Below the pieces are notes generated by a model, which made no database searches, was not told where the DNA came from, and saw nothing but the letters and a program-made list of their open reading frames with translations. A DNA stretch of 64,000 nt from Rubripirellula sp. (GTDB lineage Bacteria > Planctomycetota > Planctomycetia > Pirellulales > Pirellulaceae), in NCBI GenBank assembly GCA_965216875.1, contig OZ244207.1:1568001-1632000 (forward strand), in the 5' to 3' direction. A program made the position numbers and the translations under genes. Below are positions 59,395 to 64,000 of the stretch, piece by piece. Position 1 is the first letter of the stretch. Each line of letters opens with the position of its first letter.

Positions 59395-60423
59395 ATGGCA
59401 CTGCTTGTCAACGCTTACAGCACGCTCAATGAAACGCCGACGCCTGATTTCGATCATCAGGAGATCAACCATCGCGATCGGTCCGATCCGGAGCTCCTTC
59501 AGCACCTTGGCGAATTCATCGGTTTTGTTCTTGGTGATGAAGATCGTCCGATGACGCCGTCACTTTACGGTGTGATGCGACATCTTCAACGCGTCAAGCA
59601 CCAGTTCAGCTTCACGATCGATGAGTCACGCGTCGAAGACATCAGCGATTGGGGAGAAGCCTCGAACTCGATCTTTTTCCTGCCGGATGCTTCGGTGCGA
59701 GATCCGCTGGGCCGCGTCTTGGTCGATCCAAAGTCAGGGCTTAGCGAAAAGGGGGCCGCCTTGCCCTATCCGTCCGAGGCGTGGGGCCGATTGAAGCGTA
59801 CGCATCAACAACTGAACAACCTTGAGATTCCTTTCAGCGAGGATTTGCCGCCAGTGGTCGGCGAATCCGAGGCGATGCTTCGGGATGCTGACGATGTTGC
59901 CTGGCGCGCCTTGGCGTTGTTTGTGGTTGCTGTGCGGGCGGAATCCGTGGCGTCGAAAAACCCAATTCCGTCAAACAAGCTGCGCGAAAAGTCGCCGATG
60001 GCGTTTCAAGCGTTGACTGCCGAAGAGCAAGCCTTTTTGAAAGATGATTCGCCCGACCCGCAAGCGACGATCAATTTCGCTTGGCGTTACGAAGCGCTCT
60101 ACGTGTTGCAGTGGGCGCTTGGAATGCACGACGAATTGAAGTTTGCCGACGACATCTGCGATGTGCCTGCGGTTGCCCAAGCCATGGTTGATCGTGACGA
60201 CAAAGAGACGGTCACCGATGCCAAGCTACGGCCGGTGGAGGAAATCCTGGATGCGTTGGACATGAACACGCGGCTGTTCTGGCACGCGCGCCAATCAGTC
60301 ATGGAAAAATCCGAGCCCGCTCGGCGGCTCGATGGCGGCGTGCTGAGTGAACGGCAGACAGCGCTGAACTGGTTGACGCTCTTCGAAGGTGCGCCCTGGG
60401 ATCAAGTCGATACTCCGACGTAG
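59395..60423 (+). CDS. DUF4272 domain protein
   Basis: WRYEALYVLQWALG, LRPVEEILDALD, ERQTALNWL...WDQVDTPT. Confidence 0.75.
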   Translation: MALLVNAYSTLNETPTPDFDHQEINHRDRSDPELLQHLGEFIGFVLGDEDRPMTPSLYGVMRHLQRVKHQFSFTIDESRVEDISDWGEASNSIFFLPDASVRDPLGRVLVDPKSGLSEKGAALPYPSEAWGRLKRTHQQLNNLEIPFSEDLPPVVGESEAMLRDADDVAWRALALFVVAVRAESVASKNPIPSNKLREKSPMAFQALTAEEQAFLKDDSPDPQATINFAWRYEALYVLQWALGMHDELKFADDICDVPAVAQAMVDRDDKETVTDAKLRPVEEILDALDMNTRLFWHARQSVMEKSEPARRLDGGVLSERQTALNWLTLFEGAPWDQVDTPT

Positions 60424-60473
60424 GTGTGCGCACGAACATGCTCGTGACGGCGATTCCTTCGAGAAGCCCGTTA

Positions 60474-60596
60474 GTAGTACCGAGCTTTAGCCGGAATCTT
60501 GATGCTTTTCCGCCTGAAGGCGGTACTACAAACGACCACTCCGCCTCAATTCGGTACGACGAACGACCACTCCGTCTCAAGGCGGTACTGCGAACG
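60474..60596. repeat. GTAG-type REP cluster: one inverted unit plus three tandem 31-bp units
   Basis: Units tccgcctgaaggcggtactacaaacgaccac (60509), tccgcctcaattcggtacgacgaacgaccac (60540) and tccgtctcaaggcggtactgcgaacg (60571); related to the element at 50356. Confidence 0.75.
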
Positions 60597-60704
60597 TCTA
60601 GTTTGCCAGGACGCGGTACGATGAAAGGAAAACTGGTCTCGATTGCCTCGGATGGTTGCGGTCAAATACCGTAGTTCAACACCAGCGGCGAATGAACACC
60701 AAGG

Positions 60705-63539
60705 ATGCAAGGCATGAGTGATGAAACGGGCACATTGGACGAGTCAAGCCTCGGCGACGCGAACAGTGCAAACGGTTCGGAGACGGGGCAGGGTGCGAAC
60801 GAGCAGCAGAGCGACGCGAAAGTGTCGGCTGGCTTCAAAGACCTGATTCGCCTGCTGTTTTACACAAGGTATAGCCTCGTCTTCGGTGGCTTGCTTTTGG
60901 TGCTTGCCGCCCTTCCTCACTTGACCGATTTTCCCGCAGTTAGGTCGGTCTACATTCTCGACACATGGCAACGGATTCTGACCACCACGGCGATTTCGGT
61001 ATTGGCCGCGGCGATGACCGTTCAGACGTTTCGCGTGACGATTTGCAATGCCAAAGGACGCTTTGAGGACCTTGGCGTCTATCGCTTTTGGGACAAGCCG
61101 CCGGAATGGCTGTGGAAGCTTCGCTCGGTGAGCGTTTGGCTCATCGGTTTGCCCCTTCCAATCACCTGTGTGTTGATCACGTTGACGGCCTACGAGCATC
61201 GCTGGAGCGACGCTGACCAGATGACACTGCTGAGCTGTTGGTTGCCAGTGCTCGGCGGGATGATTGTCGCGACAACGATCCTTTGTTTTTTGGACATCGT
61301 GAACCGCTGGGTGCTGACACCCAACCTGCATGACCCGCGGTTGTTTGTGCTCGACCATCGCTTTCTGCTTGGTCGCCGAGATAACCCAAGGCGTTGGAAA
61401 CGCAATCGGCATAACGAGAAGGCCAAGGCCTGTCCGCTCACTGCGTCGCGAAAGACTAGGTGGAAGTACTCGATCGCCGTGATGAAGTTCCTGCGATTGA
61501 CGCACGGGTACCTTCACACGATCGAAGTATGGGTTGCGCCCGAGGATGATGCCGACGAGCCGCATCTTGAAAAGTGGGAAACGCTGCTGCCGGGGCACGT
61601 GATGATGTCCGTGATGGCCGCGTTCCTGGTCATCGTGTACGGGATCTCGTACGGTGTCGTGATGATGTACGACATGATCCCGGACGAAGGGGGAATGTAC
61701 GGGACTCTCTTCTATCTGGTTGGACTCGTCATGATCGTCTGCGGGTCGCTTCCCGCGTTGGCTTTCTACTTTGACCGCTATCGAGTTTCGCCCGTCATCG
61801 TCGTACTCGTCTTCTTATTCACTGTGACAACCGTTTTTCCGAAGACGGCCGAGCATCGGTTTGAAACCAACGCTTCGCCCAAGCACTTCGCCGCGGTCTC
61901 CGATGAACAGACTCAGTGGCAAGATGACGGCACGTACCTTGACCGTCCGATCAGCGTTCGCGAATTGGTCGAGGGTTGGGAAAAGCGGCAAGTCGCGATT
62001 GCGAATCGTCATGGGATTCCCCAGAACCGAGTTTTTGTTGTTGTCACCGCAACGGGCGGCGGGATTCAAGCATCGGCCTGGACCAGCATGGTGTTGACGG
62101 GGATTCATCGCGATCGAATCATCGCCAAGCGACCGGAAAACATGCCCAACTCGATCACGGCCGACGCGATTGCTGCGCAACAACTGACCGGCGCGATTGG
62201 AATGATCAGCTGTGTCTCGGGTGGAAGTGTTGGCACGTTGCAGTACGTCGCCAAGTATCCCGAAGTTTTGCAGAGCGAGTTGCCTGATGAACAGGTTGCT
62301 GCATTGGACCATATCCACGCGTTGGCCGGTCGATCGAGTTTGGAGGCTGCGGCTTGGGGACTTTTCTTTCCTGATGCCATGCGTTTGATTGGCATCAACC
62401 GCAGTCGCACGGACGATCGTGGGCTCGTCCAGGAAGGGCTTTGGGCGTCGCGAATGCAGGCACCAATGACGCCCCAGGAGATTGGCCGCCACAAGTACTT
62501 CCCCGCTGACACGGCGTCACTTCGCGCGTTGTTTGACCCGGAGGCCGAGACGAAAAACCGCGCGGCGATCGAGGCACACGCCGCATCAATTACCGGGCGA
62601 GACGATTGGCGGCTCGGCCATCTTGCGTTTCGAGTCAAGGAGGGGACGCTGCCGGCAGTGATTTTCAACAGCTATCTGGTCAACACGGGCCAGCGCGTGA
62701 TGATCGCGCCGTTCAGCTTTTCACCCAATGACGATCGATTCCGAAAACGTGATACGTTCGACGCCTTGGAGTATGCATCGTCGATGGGAATGGGACTACG
62801 TTTGGCCACGGCGGCGCGTTTGTCGGCGACCTTTCCCTATGTGTCGCCAACAGCCGTTTCCGACATGCCGCTCACCGATGTCGAAAGAAGCGGCGATGAG
62901 CTACCGCGAAGCGAAATCCTACTCCGCGAGGCACACTACGCTGATGGTGGTTACACCGACAACGAGGGTCTGTTGGGCGCGATCCAATTGATCGAAACCT
63001 TGCGTGCGGAATACGACGGCGATCCCAATCGCCCCTTCGACAAGATCGTGCTGCTTCGCGTGCTGCCTTTTCCGTTGGTCAAATCGGCATCGGACGTGAG
63101 CCTTGGGAAACAAACCAAACTTCGGCGCGATCCTACCTGGAAGCAAAGCTTCCTTGGTCCAATGATCGCAATGTTCAACGGGCGATCAGTTGCACAGCAG
63201 GAACGCGGCGCGATGGACCTGGAGGAATTGCTGCACGTTGAAACCGGCGGCTACAACAATGCCATCCTCAAAGGGCAAAGCAGCAAGGCGATCGAATATC
63301 AGCAACTCAACGGATCGCATTTCATTGAGACGCCGATCCAGTTTGAATACATCAACATCGGATTCCGATACGAGGGAGATCCCGATCGGTCACCACCTTT
63401 GTCATGGAAACTCAGCGAAGCAGAGAAACACGATATCGACAAAGCTTGGCGTGCTTGGAGCGACGAGTTGGTCAACGACTTTTCGGTCGAATCAAATCTC
63501 GACTACCTCTATCGCGTATTGCGCATGGCAGCGAGATAG
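60705..63539 (+). CDS. Multi-TM protein with a patatin-like phospholipase domain
   Basis: About 7-8 N-terminal TM helices; TGGGIQASAW, SCVSGGSVG, RLSATFPYVSP, YADGGYTDNEG. Confidence 0.8.
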   Translation: MQGMSDETGTLDESSLGDANSANGSETGQGANEQQSDAKVSAGFKDLIRLLFYTRYSLVFGGLLLVLAALPHLTDFPAVRSVYILDTWQRILTTTAISVLAAAMTVQTFRVTICNAKGRFEDLGVYRFWDKPPEWLWKLRSVSVWLIGLPLPITCVLITLTAYEHRWSDADQMTLLSCWLPVLGGMIVATTILCFLDIVNRWVLTPNLHDPRLFVLDHRFLLGRRDNPRRWKRNRHNEKAKACPLTASRKTRWKYSIAVMKFLRLTHGYLHTIEVWVAPEDDADEPHLEKWETLLPGHVMMSVMAAFLVIVYGISYGVVMMYDMIPDEGGMYGTLFYLVGLVMIVCGSLPALAFYFDRYRVSPVIVVLVFLFTVTTVFPKTAEHRFETNASPKHFAAVSDEQTQWQDDGTYLDRPISVRELVEGWEKRQVAIANRHGIPQNRVFVVVTATGGGIQASAWTSMVLTGIHRDRIIAKRPENMPNSITADAIAAQQLTGAIGMISCVSGGSVGTLQYVAKYPEVLQSELPDEQVAALDHIHALAGRSSLEAAAWGLFFPDAMRLIGINRSRTDDRGLVQEGLWASRMQAPMTPQEIGRHKYFPADTASLRALFDPEAETKNRAAIEAHAASITGRDDWRLGHLAFRVKEGTLPAVIFNSYLVNTGQRVMIAPFSFSPNDDRFRKRDTFDALEYASSMGMGLRLATAARLSATFPYVSPTAVSDMPLTDVERSGDELPRSEILLREAHYADGGYTDNEGLLGAIQLIETLRAEYDGDPNRPFDKIVLLRVLPFPLVKSASDVSLGKQTKLRRDPTWKQSFLGPMIAMFNGRSVAQQERGAMDLEELLHVETGGYNNAILKGQSSKAIEYQQLNGSHFIETPIQFEYINIGFRYEGDPDRSPPLSWKLSEAEKHDIDKAWRAWSDELVNDFSVESNLDYLYRVLRMAAR

Positions 63540-63783
63540 TAGGGTGCGTGCTTGCACGCACCACAGAGGCGATTGATGCTGGATATCGGGGTTGGTGCGT
63601 GCAAGCACACACCCTACGTAGTCGAAGCAGGCATTGAATTACCGCGGCGTGTTGTGTCCATTCTGCCCCGTCGTGCGACAGAGCGGCGGAAGCGATAACG
63701 AGCAGCTGTAGGGTGCGTGCTTGCACGCACCACTTAAGCTACCGCTGGATTCCGAGGTTGGTGCGTGCGAGCACACACCCTGC
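63539..63783. repeat. Two tandem REP doublets (REPIN-like, GTAG family)
   Basis: GTAGGGTGCGTGCTTGCACGCACCA at 63539 and 63708 (identical); inverted partners at 63593-63617 and 63759-63783. Confidence 0.85.
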
Positions 63784-63793
63784 GTCACGGACT

Positions 63794-64000
63794 TTAGCGC
63801 GAATCGCCCAGGCCTGGATCGACGTTCGGTTCGAACGGAAGTTCGTCGAGATGTTCGACGTACTCGAGCGGGTCGAATGGCAGGTCCTTTAGGTTCATCG
63901 CTGGGTTGGCCAATGCTTTGAGCTCAGGCGACGCATTCTCAATGCCTTGCCATGGAATGCCGTGGCGTTCAGGCAGGTCCGGGTACTTCTTCTTCCACAG
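63794..64000 (-). CDS. 3' end of a gene entering from beyond the window (possibly a sulfatase-like C-terminus)
   Basis: Open frame LWKKKYPDLPERHGIPWQGIENASPELKALANP...PGLGDSR*. Confidence 0.55.
   Translation of the reverse strand: MWKKKYPDLPERHGIPWQGIENASPELKALANPAMNLKDLPFDPLEYVEHLDELPFEPNVDPGLGDSR

Noticed and set aside
60509..60596. Possible CRISPR array (31-bp period)
   Set aside because: The units are contiguous and degenerate with no spacers; they belong to the GTAG REP family also seen at 50356.

Overview
Gene-dense chromosomal segment of a planctomycete, inferred to be Pirellulaceae-like from its DUF1570, DUF1501/DUF1553, PVC-type haem protein, TIGR02996 and planctomycete-type export-signal genes. 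It contains about 41 CDSs, two of them cut by the window edges. Housekeeping genes include pheA, dnaK, clpB, ppdK, nnrE, a beta-carbonic anhydrase and a fatty-acid desaturase. There are also large secreted surface proteins, sulfatase/DUF1501-type catabolic genes, regulators (XylR-type, WYL) and many intergenic REP-like palindromes from several unrelated families. I recognised no rRNA, tRNA, CRISPR array, transposase or integrase. The best candidate for an undescribed system is a co-oriented pair at 9589-12896: a signal-less S8 subtilase followed by an Avs1a/ComEC-type metallo-beta-lactamase-fold hydrolase, possibly a protease-gated conflict or defence module. Other notable signals are a shared ~180-aa C-terminal Ig-like plus dockerin-like module on two unrelated surface proteins, sigma-54 promoters in front of both dnaK and clpB, a 22-bp-spaced direct repeat between xylR and the DUF1553/DUF1501 operon, and a TIGR02996 protein with two L7/L12-like domains. 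All family calls come from motif recognition by eye; no database search was run.
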